Below the pieces are notes generated by a model. That model saw only the letters and a program-made list of their open reading frames with translations. It ran no database searches and was not told the DNA's origin. From positions 13,500-77,499 of the forward strand of contig CAITXU010000002.1 of the NCBI GenBank assembly GCA_903896505.1: DNA of 64,000 nucleotides, given 5' to 3'. This stretch comes from an uncultured Verrucomicrobiota bacterium (GTDB lineage: Bacteria; Verrucomicrobiota; Verrucomicrobiia; Limisphaerales; UBA9464). Shown here in pieces: positions 35,201-44,020 of this stretch. Position 1 is the first letter of the stretch. Each line of letters begins with the position of its first letter. The translations under genes were made by a program, and so were the position numbers.

Positions 35201-36984
35201 GGGAGCAAAGGAAGGACCAGCTGGCTTGCGTGGGACCCCGTATGCACCAGCTGTCGGAGACTGTGACGCCAATCGGAGGGGGTGGCGAGTTGTGGGGCAA
35301 CGTCGGAACCGGGATTGCGGTCGTAGAGAGGAAACGCCGAACCCGATACATCCAATCTCAATCGTTCCCCGGGAGAGAAGGTGCAGCAGGTGGGTTCGAG
35401 TGGGAACTCCCAGCGTTGAACGGTGTCCGCCTTGTGGGCACCGGAGGGAAAAAGCCAGGAGCTTCGGGCGATGCCCACACTGACCGGGAAGGAACGTCCG
35501 TCGGGCAGCACCCGCAGTAATTTGGCGACCAGGTCGGCATCGGACCGGCTGCTGGTGGAGTAAAGAATCACCTTCGGTGCCCCGGCCACCGTCAATGGGA
35601 GGGACAATGGCTCGCTGGTGTACACGAGGACATTGTTCAACTGTTCTGCCCGGGCCTGATTGAATGGTCCCGGTGAACCTTGTGGTCCCGGTGACAGGAC
35701 CGGGACTTCCGGTTCATCCACCCAGGAATCACGCGGCTCGGAGGAGGCGGGCTCTGTCGTCAGCCGACCGTCCCCGCGGCTTGAATTGGCCCGGCCCAGG
35801 GAATGAAGGTACCACACGGATTCGGAGCTCTTCCATTTTCCGTAGGCACTCCAGGAATCGCACGTTTTCCAGCGATTCTCTCCCATCGCGAAAAGTCGGA
35901 CTTTAGGTTCGCTGGAAAACTCACCGGAATCCTTCAGCCAGTGATTGAACCAGCGGAGAAGCAGTCGATCAGTGTCGAAATCGGCCTCGGGTCCAAAATC
36001 CAATTCTCCCACGAGCCGCCCCCATGGAATATGCTGCCACGGGCCAGCCACCAGGTATTGATGGTTCCGATAAACCGAATCCGCTTGGGCCGAGGTCAAG
36101 GACTCATAGAGGAGGGCGCTGCCATGGAGGTAACTGTCGTACCAGCCCAGGATATGGAGCGCGGGCACCCTCAACTGACCAAAGGTACGGCTGATGTCCA
36201 TGGCCGCCCAATAATCATCCGACTGGCGATGCCCCGTCCAGTCGGCGTAGTAAGTGGGCAATCGAGGGTCAGTCAGTTCGGGAATTCGTGCATACGGGCA
36301 CTGGGCAAAGAGCGACGGCAATTGAAGGGCCGCTGATTCCAAGGCTCGACCTGGAGCGGGATCGCTCAGTCTTCGAGCGTCAGCGCGTAGCATTTGGTGA
36401 GCCCATCCGACGGTTCCGGCAAGCCGCAAAGCACCATGGTGGTAAAACCATCCGTTAAAGAGATCTCCCGTGGTCTGTGCTGGAACGATGCATTGAAGGG
36501 CAGGGGGGCGCTCCGCGGCGGCCAGTAGTTGGGTCAGACCTTGATAGCTGAAGCCATACATGCCCACCCGTCCGTTGGATTCCGGACGGCGCGCGACCCA
36601 GTCGATGGTCTCTTTCCCATCGCGACCCTCATCGCGAAACGGATAAAATGTTCCCCCGCTGTCCCCCCGCCCCCGGACATCCTGGATGACCACATTGAAG
36701 CCATGCCGTGCGAACCAGGCTGCTTGTGCGCAGACCACGGTGGTGGCAATGGTTTTTCCATACGGCTGACGGACCAAAAGGGTGGGGCATGGGGTGCCCT
36801 GGATCGCTTCCGGCGGATAGTAGTGGTCGGACACCAGTTGGGTTCCGTCCGAGAGCGAAAAACAAACCCCACGTTCCACACGGACGCCATCTCCCAAGTC
36901 CACGCATTCGGACTTCGGCAGAGGCGCGCCCTTTCGCCGCGATCTGACCGCGCGGTTGGCTTTCGCGGAGGAGGTTGAAGGCAT
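35197..36984 (-). CDS. CocE/NonD-family (peptidase S15, X-Pro dipeptidyl-peptidase-like) hydrolase
   Basis: 'LLVRQPYGK', 'VIQDVRGRGDSGG' and the nucleophile elbow 'MYGFSYQG' are present. The large C-terminal beta-domain is typical of the family. Confidence 0.8.
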   Translation of the reverse strand: MPSTSSAKANRAVRSRRKGAPLPKSECVDLGDGVRVERGVCFSLSDGTQLVSDHYYPPEAIQGTPCPTLLVRQPYGKTIATTVVCAQAAWFARHGFNVVIQDVRGRGDSGGTFYPFRDEGRDGKETIDWVARRPESNGRVGMYGFSYQGLTQLLAAAERPPALQCIVPAQTTGDLFNGWFYHHGALRLAGTVGWAHQMLRADARRLSDPAPGRALESAALQLPSLFAQCPYARIPELTDPRLPTYYADWTGHRQSDDYWAAMDISRTFGQLRVPALHILGWYDSYLHGSALLYESLTSAQADSVYRNHQYLVAGPWQHIPWGRLVGELDFGPEADFDTDRLLLRWFNHWLKDSGEFSSEPKVRLFAMGENRWKTCDSWSAYGKWKSSESVWYLHSLGRANSSRGDGRLTTEPASSEPRDSWVDEPEVPVLSPGPQGSPGPFNQARAEQLNNVLVYTSEPLSLPLTVAGAPKVILYSTSSRSDADLVAKLLRVLPDGRSFPVSVGIARSSWLFPSGAHKADTVQRWEFPLEPTCCTFSPGERLRLDVSGSAFPLYDRNPGSDVAPQLATPSDWRHSLRQLVHTGSHASQLVLPLLP

Positions 36985-36993
36985 GGAAAACGG

Positions 36994-37782
36994 TCAGAGA
37001 GGCATCAGATTCTGGTAGCGATACATTTCTTCGAGAGCGGAAGCCATGCGGGCGCTCATTTCCTCCGCCCACGCCTGCCCCTTTTCCGCCGTGCTCGGAT
37101 TTGGGTCACCCATGACACCGCTGGGAGCAATGTCGCGGGTAAGCCAGGCAAACGTGGCATAGGCGAATTCGGGTTTGAGGATGCCCGGGTCACCGACACG
37201 GGCGATGTAGTTCACCGTATATTTGTCGGTATGGACCAGTTCCGGGGTCGCGGCCAACAAGATGGAGGTTTCCACCTCCCCGGCGTGAAAACCAAAGGTG
37301 GCTTCTTGCTCGCAAACCCCCGAAGCCGGTCCGCCGCCGTAAAGGCAGAATACCCTCAAGCCAAACTCGGCCCGAAGGTCTCGAGCCATGACATCCACCA
37401 GGGAATGATTGCCGCCGTGACTGTTGAAGAAGACAATCTTTTTGAATCCGGCGGCGTGGAGGCTGGAAGCGAGGTCCCGAAGTACTGCGATGAACGTTTC
37501 CCGACTCAGGCTGAGTGTTCCCGGAAATCCGATGTGTTCGTTACTTTTGCCATAGCAAACTGGGGCCAGCGCATAAATGGCCATTTCCTTTGGAATTTGG
37601 GACAGGGCAAGTCCGAGGAGGTAATTGTTGATGAGGGTGTCCGTGGCCAGGGGCAGATGATGCCCGTGCTGTTCGATGGCCGCCGTAGGGATGACGAGCA
37701 GCGTTTGGTCTCGCGGCAAGGCATCCACCTGTTTCCAAGTGAGGTAAGGAAGGAACCGTTCTGGAGGAATCCAGGTTTTCAT
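36994..37782 (-). CDS. Creatininase-family amidohydrolase
   Basis: 'AAIEQHGHHLPLATDTLI' and 'FFNSHGGN' are family metal-site motifs. Confidence 0.85.
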   Translation of the reverse strand: MKTWIPPERFLPYLTWKQVDALPRDQTLLVIPTAAIEQHGHHLPLATDTLINNYLLGLALSQIPKEMAIYALAPVCYGKSNEHIGFPGTLSLSRETFIAVLRDLASSLHAAGFKKIVFFNSHGGNHSLVDVMARDLRAEFGLRVFCLYGGGPASGVCEQEATFGFHAGEVETSILLAATPELVHTDKYTVNYIARVGDPGILKPEFAYATFAWLTRDIAPSGVMGDPNPSTAEKGQAWAEEMSARMASALEEMYRYQNLMPL

Positions 37783-37825
37783 TCAGGAAGAAGGGGTGGT
37801 GTTTTATCGGATTTCGGTCTCTGGG

Positions 37826-39268
37826 TTAATCGCCATAGGCCGGGGCGAAAGCGGGCGTTTCGGTGGGTGCCTGTTCGAGAGTGGCAGCAAAACCCCGCAT
37901 TTTGCCTGGGTTCAGTAACCCGTTGGGATCGTACTGCTGCTTGGCCACGAGTTTTTCATCGTCGGGTCGCCAGCGTCCTGACCCCTCAAGGAAGTTCACG
38001 TGGGGATTGGCCACACTGACACCAATCTGACCGCAGAAAGCAATCATCTCTTGGAGTCGTTCGTCGGTGGTGTAGCGGATGACCGGCAAGCTTCCCGGCG
38101 TCACGATGCCGTCCCATTTGACGATCTCGACATGCATGAGAAAATCGGAACCAAACCGTTGTTTGAGCTGTCGCATTTGCTCACGGGCCCGGTTGGGGTC
38201 CAGTCCACATTGAAGGTAGGTCAAGGATGGGTCCGCCTTCAACGCCCAGAGGGTGGTGTGATTCCAGGTGAAATCGCTCAATTGCGGTCCTCGACGAACT
38301 TCGGAATAAGGGGAGACAAAGACCACTTCACCGCCCCCGGGAACCACGCTGTGCGTGAGTCGTTCCAACTGATCATCAGCGATTTCGAAAAAGGAGAGTG
38401 CCTGCCCGTTGGGTACCCACTTTTGGAGTGGGGCAAACCAGGAGGGGATTGGCCATTCGAAACAGGTCACCAGGCGCTTTTTGAAGCCCTCGTTGAGGGC
38501 CAAGGCTTCCGAAAAGTCGAAGGCACGTTCGAAGGTGGGATGGGACACGGCGATCTGCGCCCAGAGCGTCCGGGGCGCCAGCCTCAGTTCTACACGGACG
38601 ATGACGCCGTTGGTTCCCCAGGCATGCAGCACTTTAAAAATGTCGTGCCCACTCAATCTGATTTCCCGGGGATTTTCTTCAATGGTCAGGATGGTCAGGG
38701 CATGAACCGTCCCATTTTCCCGAAGGCCCCCCCAGGTGATGCTTCCGATTCCACCACTGCCCCCTGCGCAGAATCCAGCGACGCTGGCTTTGACATACGT
38801 GCTGGGATAGCAACGGAGTTCCCATCCGGATTGCCGGGCCGCGGCTTCGATTGAGCCCAATCGGACTGCCGGTTCGCAGACCGCCAGGCCGTCTGCGGTA
38901 ATCTCGATGATTTTATCCAAGGCCGCGAGGTCCATCAAAATGCCACCATGGGTGGGGATGCATTGGCCGTAATTGCCAGTTCCGGCACCGCGAAGTGTGA
39001 TGGGAATCCGCCGGTGAAAGGCGTATTGGATTGCCGCCCTCAATTCCTCAACCGATCGAGGTTGAATGACAACCTCGGCCAGCTTGTCCGCCAAATCCCG
39101 TTTGAGGATCGGCGAATACCAGTAGAAGTCGCGGCTGAGACGTTCCACTTCGGGCGTGGACGTGATGATTCGGTCGGCGGGAAGAAATTCCGCCAGGGCT
39201 TTGAAGTCTGCGGGGGTCATGGCACCTGAATTAGGGGTGATCGGATTGGGAGAGATGAAAAGACGCAA
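37826..39268 (-). CDS. FAD-linked oxidase (FAD_binding_4 / PCMH-type)
   Basis: 'PITLRGAGTGNYGQCIP' is followed by the downstream 'GGSGGIGSIT'. Length is 480 aa. Confidence 0.8.
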   Translation of the reverse strand: MRLFISPNPITPNSGAMTPADFKALAEFLPADRIITSTPEVERLSRDFYWYSPILKRDLADKLAEVVIQPRSVEELRAAIQYAFHRRIPITLRGAGTGNYGQCIPTHGGILMDLAALDKIIEITADGLAVCEPAVRLGSIEAAARQSGWELRCYPSTYVKASVAGFCAGGSGGIGSITWGGLRENGTVHALTILTIEENPREIRLSGHDIFKVLHAWGTNGVIVRVELRLAPRTLWAQIAVSHPTFERAFDFSEALALNEGFKKRLVTCFEWPIPSWFAPLQKWVPNGQALSFFEIADDQLERLTHSVVPGGGEVVFVSPYSEVRRGPQLSDFTWNHTTLWALKADPSLTYLQCGLDPNRAREQMRQLKQRFGSDFLMHVEIVKWDGIVTPGSLPVIRYTTDERLQEMIAFCGQIGVSVANPHVNFLEGSGRWRPDDEKLVAKQQYDPNGLLNPGKMRGFAATLEQAPTETPAFAPAYGD

Positions 39269-39276
39269 GGGTTTGG

Positions 39277-39897
39277 TCAGGCTGTCGCTTTGGGTTTGGA
39301 GTGACGCCAGGTCTTCATCATGGCCTGCATTCGTTCGTCCTCAAACAGAGCGACACATGCTACCCGTTCCACGTGTCCCATCACGGCGCAAGTCATGTCG
39401 GAACGTCGTGCCACCGTTTTTGCAGGAACATAAATCTGACGGCAATGCCGTGCGGCATCGCTAATGGTGGCTCCGAAGACCACACGATCGACGGCACACC
39501 ATAAGGCCATGCTCATACACATGGGGCAAGGCTCGCAGGTGGTGTAGAGCGTGTGACCCTTCAGGCTGAGGGTTTTGAGCTTCTTGCAGGTGGCCCGCAG
39601 AACCCGGACCTCGGCATGACTGCTCGGGTCCCACTCCGCAGCCACCGCGTTGAGTCGACGAAGGACCAGACGCCCGGTCGCGGTTTCCACGACATCGGCA
39701 CAAAACGGTGTTTGCCGGGGTGTGCCGAGATGGCGGGCTGTCCAAGCCGCCAACTGGGCCATCTGTCGCCGGTCAAAATCGGTGATTGTACGAGACGTGT
39801 CGGTCGCCATCCACCGGTCAAAGGAGCAAAGGGCAAGCCACTCCGGTGATGCTGCAAAGGAAAGTGGCAGGTCGGAGGACAATCCCACCCTTTTCAT
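39277..39897 (-). CDS. CDA-fold nucleoside/nucleobase deaminase (TadA/guanine-deaminase-like)
   Basis: 'HAEVRVL...TLYTTCEPCPMCMSMALWCAVDRVVFG' is the zinc motif H-A-E ... P-C-x-x-C. I chose the ATG at 39897. The track ORF extends to 40167 through low-complexity sequence and a 16-bp palindrome. Confidence 0.8.
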   Translation of the reverse strand: MKRVGLSSDLPLSFAASPEWLALCSFDRWMATDTSRTITDFDRRQMAQLAAWTARHLGTPRQTPFCADVVETATGRLVLRRLNAVAAEWDPSSHAEVRVLRATCKKLKTLSLKGHTLYTTCEPCPMCMSMALWCAVDRVVFGATISDAARHCRQIYVPAKTVARRSDMTCAVMGHVERVACVALFEDERMQAMMKTWRHSKPKATA

Positions 39898-39922
39898 GAA
39901 CTGTGTCCGGCGATTTTCGGGT

Positions 39923-39938
39923 CTAACCCCGGGGTTAG
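39923..39938. promoter_or_regulatory. 16-bp perfect palindrome CTAACCCCGGGGTTAG; candidate operator in a divergent promoter region
   Basis: The sequence is self-complementary. It lies between the deaminase start (39897, minus) and the amidase start (40040, plus). Confidence 0.3.
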
Positions 39939-40039
39939 GAGGAGTATTGGACTGTTTTCCGGCAGAATTTGTGCTCGGAGCTTTTCCAAGCCGTGAGTCC
40001 AGATAGTCTTCCAAGGGCACATCGGCTGCCCTCTTTTGA

Positions 40040-41356
40040 ATGAATCGAGAAAAAATCACCACCCTTCCGCTCAAAGAATTGCACCGAAGATTGATCTCCA
40101 GTGAGCTCAACATCTCGGATGTCGCCGAAGCCGCATTGGAATCCGCGCCCGATGCCATGGCAGCCAATGCCTATCTCGATTGGCGGCCGCAAGCCATTCT
40201 CGCGGACGCTTACTCGTCGGATTCCCTGCTCTCGCTGCCACCGCTTGCGGGATTGCCCGTTTCGGTCAAAGACATATTTGATTGCGCGGGATGCGTGACG
40301 ACCTGTGCCTCCAGTTTTTTTTCCAAGCTGCGCCCGATTCCGCAACGTGACGCCGGATACGTGACCCGTTGGCGGCGGGCCGGTGCATTGCTGGCTGGCA
40401 AGACCAACCTGAATGAATTTGCCTACGGGATCACCGGCGAGAATATCACGTTTGGCGACTGTACCATCCCCGGATTTCCGCAATCACTGACGGGTGGGTC
40501 CAGCAGTGGGGCAGCCGCGTCGGTGGTGGCGGGTTCCGCTTGTATCGCCCTCGGGACCGATACCGGGGGATCATTGCGAGTTCCAGCGGCTCTTTGTGGG
40601 TTGGTCAGTTTTCGTCAATCACTGGGTTTTGGTGAATTCGATGGATTGTTTCCACTCGCCCATTCCTTTGATACGGTTGGCTGGCTTCAACGCCATGTCG
40701 GGGACCTCTCCTGGGTCGCGCGCTGTCTCCATCCCGAGATGCCTGTTGTTCCATTGGGTGGTCCTCCACGAATCGTGATTCCAACGGGACGATGGCTGGA
40801 CGGTGTCTCCCCTGAAATCGAGGTGGCCCTCGACCAGTTGATCCGTCGTCTGGAAAATGCAGGTGCATCGGTCCTGAGGCAGGAGGCTTCTGGATTCGAA
40901 GGGGCCGTGGAACTCTTTGTGCCCATCCAGGCCCACGATGCCTTCGCCGCACATGCTCCGTTTTGGGTGGCGCATCGTGACGAATACGATCCGGCGGTGC
41001 GCGCTCGCATTGAATCTGGCGGGGCGGTCACGGCCTCACGTTATCAGGAGCTTCAGGCGGAGCGGCAGTCCTGGACGGTGAGGGTGTTTGATCCCTTGTG
41101 GTCACAGGCCGAATTCCTATTGGCACCGGCGGTGCCGGTGACGCGCTTACTGGCGGGTGCCGACCACTCGGCCACACGCCCCCGCCTGCTTCGTTTGACG
41201 ACGCCGGCCAGTCTTGCAGGACTGCCGGTCCTGACGACACCCCATCGCGAAATGGACATTCAGGGAATCGGTTTTCAGTGGATGGCACGTCGTGGTAACG
41301 ACGCCCACCTGTGGGCCCTGGCCGATTGGCTCGATGCTCAGAAAGTTGTTTTTTAG
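40040..41356 (+). CDS. Amidase-signature (AS) family amidase
   Basis: 'GGSSSGAAASVVAGSACIALGTDTGGSLRVPAALCGLVSFRQS' is the AS signature with a Ser-cisSer-Lys-type core. Confidence 0.9.
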   Translation: MNREKITTLPLKELHRRLISSELNISDVAEAALESAPDAMAANAYLDWRPQAILADAYSSDSLLSLPPLAGLPVSVKDIFDCAGCVTTCASSFFSKLRPIPQRDAGYVTRWRRAGALLAGKTNLNEFAYGITGENITFGDCTIPGFPQSLTGGSSSGAAASVVAGSACIALGTDTGGSLRVPAALCGLVSFRQSLGFGEFDGLFPLAHSFDTVGWLQRHVGDLSWVARCLHPEMPVVPLGGPPRIVIPTGRWLDGVSPEIEVALDQLIRRLENAGASVLRQEASGFEGAVELFVPIQAHDAFAAHAPFWVAHRDEYDPAVRARIESGGAVTASRYQELQAERQSWTVRVFDPLWSQAEFLLAPAVPVTRLLAGADHSATRPRLLRLTTPASLAGLPVLTTPHREMDIQGIGFQWMARRGNDAHLWALADWLDAQKVVF

Positions 41357-41698
41357 ACAGTTAACGAACCATCAGCCTGTAGCAATCTACGCATGTCCAG
41401 GCTGGCCTGAACTTCCGTCATCCGTTGAGAATGAATCTCATTCAGGATTCCGGAATTCGAGATGAGCGGAATCGCGGCATGGTCCGAAACGGAATCGCCC
41501 AATCATATGGAAATCAGCCATTTATTGGATGCCCCCACCCTCAACGTCTTTGGGAGTGGGAGTCAAAGGATTACAACCGATAACGAGTCCGTAACTTGGC
41601 ACGCCGCCTGTTACCCTCCCTTTTGCCTCGGCTAGGCGACATTCGTTCCGGTGGAGATTGAGTGTTGAAGTCAGTCGATTTGTTTGTGTGTGGTTCAA

Positions 41699-41733
41699 AG
41701 CCCCTACCGCTTCGTCGGTGGGGGCTCTTTTTT
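41699..41733 (+). terminator. Strong Rho-independent terminator (plus strand)
   Basis: An 11-bp stem pairs AGCCCCTACCG (41699-41709) with CGGTGGGGGCT (41716-41726), including one G:U pair. The loop is 6 nt. CTTTTTT follows the stem. Confidence 0.75.
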
Positions 41734-41782
41734 GGCCGGTTGAAACCAGGTGAGAGGGAGTTATCCGACTACTTGGAACCCA

Positions 41783-44020
41783 CTACTTGGCGACGGAATT
41801 GGTTCCTGCGGTCGTGACCGCTGCTGGCTCCGAGACCGTCTTTCCCTGCACCTTGCTCCGATTTTCGTTGGGAGTGCCCAAACGACCACCCGTCCATTCG
41901 GAAATGTAACCCATGTGGTTGAGAAGTGCGAAGAGGGCGTAGATGACGATTAGAACAACGGCACGTTTTGGCCAGGGGTTTGTTTTCTCCGCAAAGGGGT
42001 CGATCAGATTGTGGCGTGAACCTGGAGGAAGTTTCGGCACCTGGGTCAGGGTGGTGCCGAAGGGGATGTTGATGCGGGCACGGGCGTTGATGGCCCAACC
42101 GTTCGCATCCAGGATGGGGCCAAGATTCCGTTTGCGCAGCTTGATGAAGGCCAGGATCAACGATGGACCGGAAATCAAGAGGATGATGCCAAGGATGGCT
42201 CCGACGACGGCAAAAGCCCCGTGCGCGACAATCTGGCTCCCGGTGCTGATTATGGCGGCGAAAAATCCGCCAATGGCCCCAAAGGCGACCCCGAGGGCGG
42301 CCACCGTTCCGACGTCGACCTGCTTGGGCGGGGCCGCTTTTGCCTGGTCCAGGTTGGCCGTGGTTTCCGCCGCCTTGGCCAATTTATCGGTTGCAGAGGT
42401 GTCGGCCGCCGCTGCGCGTTTGGCGATTTGCTCTTCGATCAGCCGGACGAATTTTTTGTAGGGCGACCAGAACGCCTGCCGCAGACTGATCGGATTGTCC
42501 ACGATCTTGACAATGGTTGCATCAAAGTCGCGGCCCTTGCGATCGTAGAACACACCGTTGCGTCCCACCATGAGGTTGTCGGAATCGCCATCGGTAAAGG
42601 CGGCCACAATTTGCAGTTTCTCGCCCGAGACCTTCCGGACGCAGTCGCAGTATGCCAGGTAGGTACCAGCGAGTCCGACCATGGTGGCGTGGCGGCCGCT
42701 GTCGCCGACCGTAAGACAGAGTTGGCAGCTGCGCTCATCAAGATACAGCGTTCCCACCTGAAAGATGGCGGGACGCTTCCCGGAATAGAGGTCCTCGAAA
42801 CTGACAAAATTGGCGGCCAGACGGTGCAGATCCCGCTGGTAGCGAATCAACCGGTCGACCGAGGAGACATTCGATGCCTTTTGTTCCTCGGCCTTGTCTG
42901 TTAGAATCAACTGATTGATCTTGGCCTGGGCATCGCTCGCAAGGATTTCTCGAATGCGGGAAACCTCCAGGACGCTCACTTCAGAAACCGGTTTTGCCGC
43001 AAGCCAGGCGGAATGGGGAGCGAACACCACAATCAACTTCGACCAGTCGGCTTCGGTCAGTTCTGAGACGTCGCCGAGGAGCGGGCGGACGACGGACTGA
43101 ACAAACCCGGAGATGGCCGTCGACCATGCCGGATTCAACCCGGAACCGAGGGGAAGGGCCTGACCTGGCGCGATCCGGGCCAAGGGAAACCCTGCCAATT
43201 CCTGTGCGGAAATGCCGATGTCCCTGGCAGTCAGCGTGAGGTACTCCTTTTCATCGCGATTCAGGGCGGCCAACGCCCTGGGATCAAAAGCCGCCAGTCG
43301 GCAGCGTCCAAAATAGTCGTTGATCTTGGTTTCGACGGCATGAAACGCTTCGTAGGCTCCAGTCGATTCTCCCGGTCCGCGGATTAAAGCGTCTTCTTCG
43401 TATTTGCGCGCCCAGTCGTTGTGAGTCACCAAGGCGGCAAAGAAGCGATCGGCTTTGGCCTGGTTCGTTCCCGGCTTTCCGGATCGGTCGGATTCCGGCC
43501 CATGGAGTTTGATGATGGTCTCGATGACGCCCTGAGTAAACGCATCCTCCGCAGCTTCCGCAGGAATCACTCCATCCCCGTTGAAACGGCTTTGGGCAAA
43601 AATTTTGGTCGGTTCCGACGTGTCTTCGATGGAAATCTCTGTCCGATTTCCCTGGCCCAGATTGACCAGTATCTGACGAGCCGCCGCCAGGACGGTGGCC
43701 CCTTCGGCCGTGGAATCATTAATCGCAGCCAGTGGAAGGGAGGGATTTGCCCGAATGAGGTCGTCCGGGTTTTTCAGTAAAGAACCGGCCCACTGAATGG
43801 CCTGTATTAACTCGGAGGCCCGGATGCGGCCATCCTGATCGGTATCGATGTAGCTGAGGGTTTTGGGGTCAAATTCAAGACCGCTGGTTGGACATGCCAG
43901 AGCGACCCAAAGTTTTTGGTCGAGAAGCGGCAAATTGAGGAGGTCGGCGCCCGATTCCAGGCGGACCTGATCAAAGCCGCCGATGCGGGAAAAACTCCAA
44001 ATGTGAGCGGATGAAGACAT
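41783..44020 (-). CDS. Large hypothetical protein with EF-hand-like Ca-binding loop(s) and C-terminal TM region
   Basis: A canonical loop 'DTDQDGRIRASEL' and a second 'FNGDGVIPAE' are present. C-terminal hydrophobic helices read VAALGVAFGAIGGFFAAII, AFAVVGAILGIILLISGPSLILAF and AVVLIVIYALFALL. I chose the ATG at 44020 (MSSSAHIW). Confidence 0.7.
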   Translation of the reverse strand: MSSSAHIWSFSRIGGFDQVRLESGADLLNLPLLDQKLWVALACPTSGLEFDPKTLSYIDTDQDGRIRASELIQAIQWAGSLLKNPDDLIRANPSLPLAAINDSTAEGATVLAAARQILVNLGQGNRTEISIEDTSEPTKIFAQSRFNGDGVIPAEAAEDAFTQGVIETIIKLHGPESDRSGKPGTNQAKADRFFAALVTHNDWARKYEEDALIRGPGESTGAYEAFHAVETKINDYFGRCRLAAFDPRALAALNRDEKEYLTLTARDIGISAQELAGFPLARIAPGQALPLGSGLNPAWSTAISGFVQSVVRPLLGDVSELTEADWSKLIVVFAPHSAWLAAKPVSEVSVLEVSRIREILASDAQAKINQLILTDKAEEQKASNVSSVDRLIRYQRDLHRLAANFVSFEDLYSGKRPAIFQVGTLYLDERSCQLCLTVGDSGRHATMVGLAGTYLAYCDCVRKVSGEKLQIVAAFTDGDSDNLMVGRNGVFYDRKGRDFDATIVKIVDNPISLRQAFWSPYKKFVRLIEEQIAKRAAAADTSATDKLAKAAETTANLDQAKAAPPKQVDVGTVAALGVAFGAIGGFFAAIISTGSQIVAHGAFAVVGAILGIILLISGPSLILAFIKLRKRNLGPILDANGWAINARARINIPFGTTLTQVPKLPPGSRHNLIDPFAEKTNPWPKRAVVLIVIYALFALLNHMGYISEWTGGRLGTPNENRSKVQGKTVSEPAAVTTAGTNSVAK

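Noticed and set aside
39898-40039. Expected a TPP (THI-box) riboswitch upstream of the operon encoding the NMT1/THI5-like binding protein.
   Set aside because: Neither strand shows the conserved CTGAGA ... ACCTGA...GGATAATGCC-type elements. Only a 16-bp palindrome is present.
41680-41700. A T-loop-like GGTTCAAAG sequence, suggesting a tRNA or tmRNA 3' end.
   Set aside because: No acceptor-stem pairing, anticodon arm or CCA context could be built. The downstream stem is a terminator hairpin.
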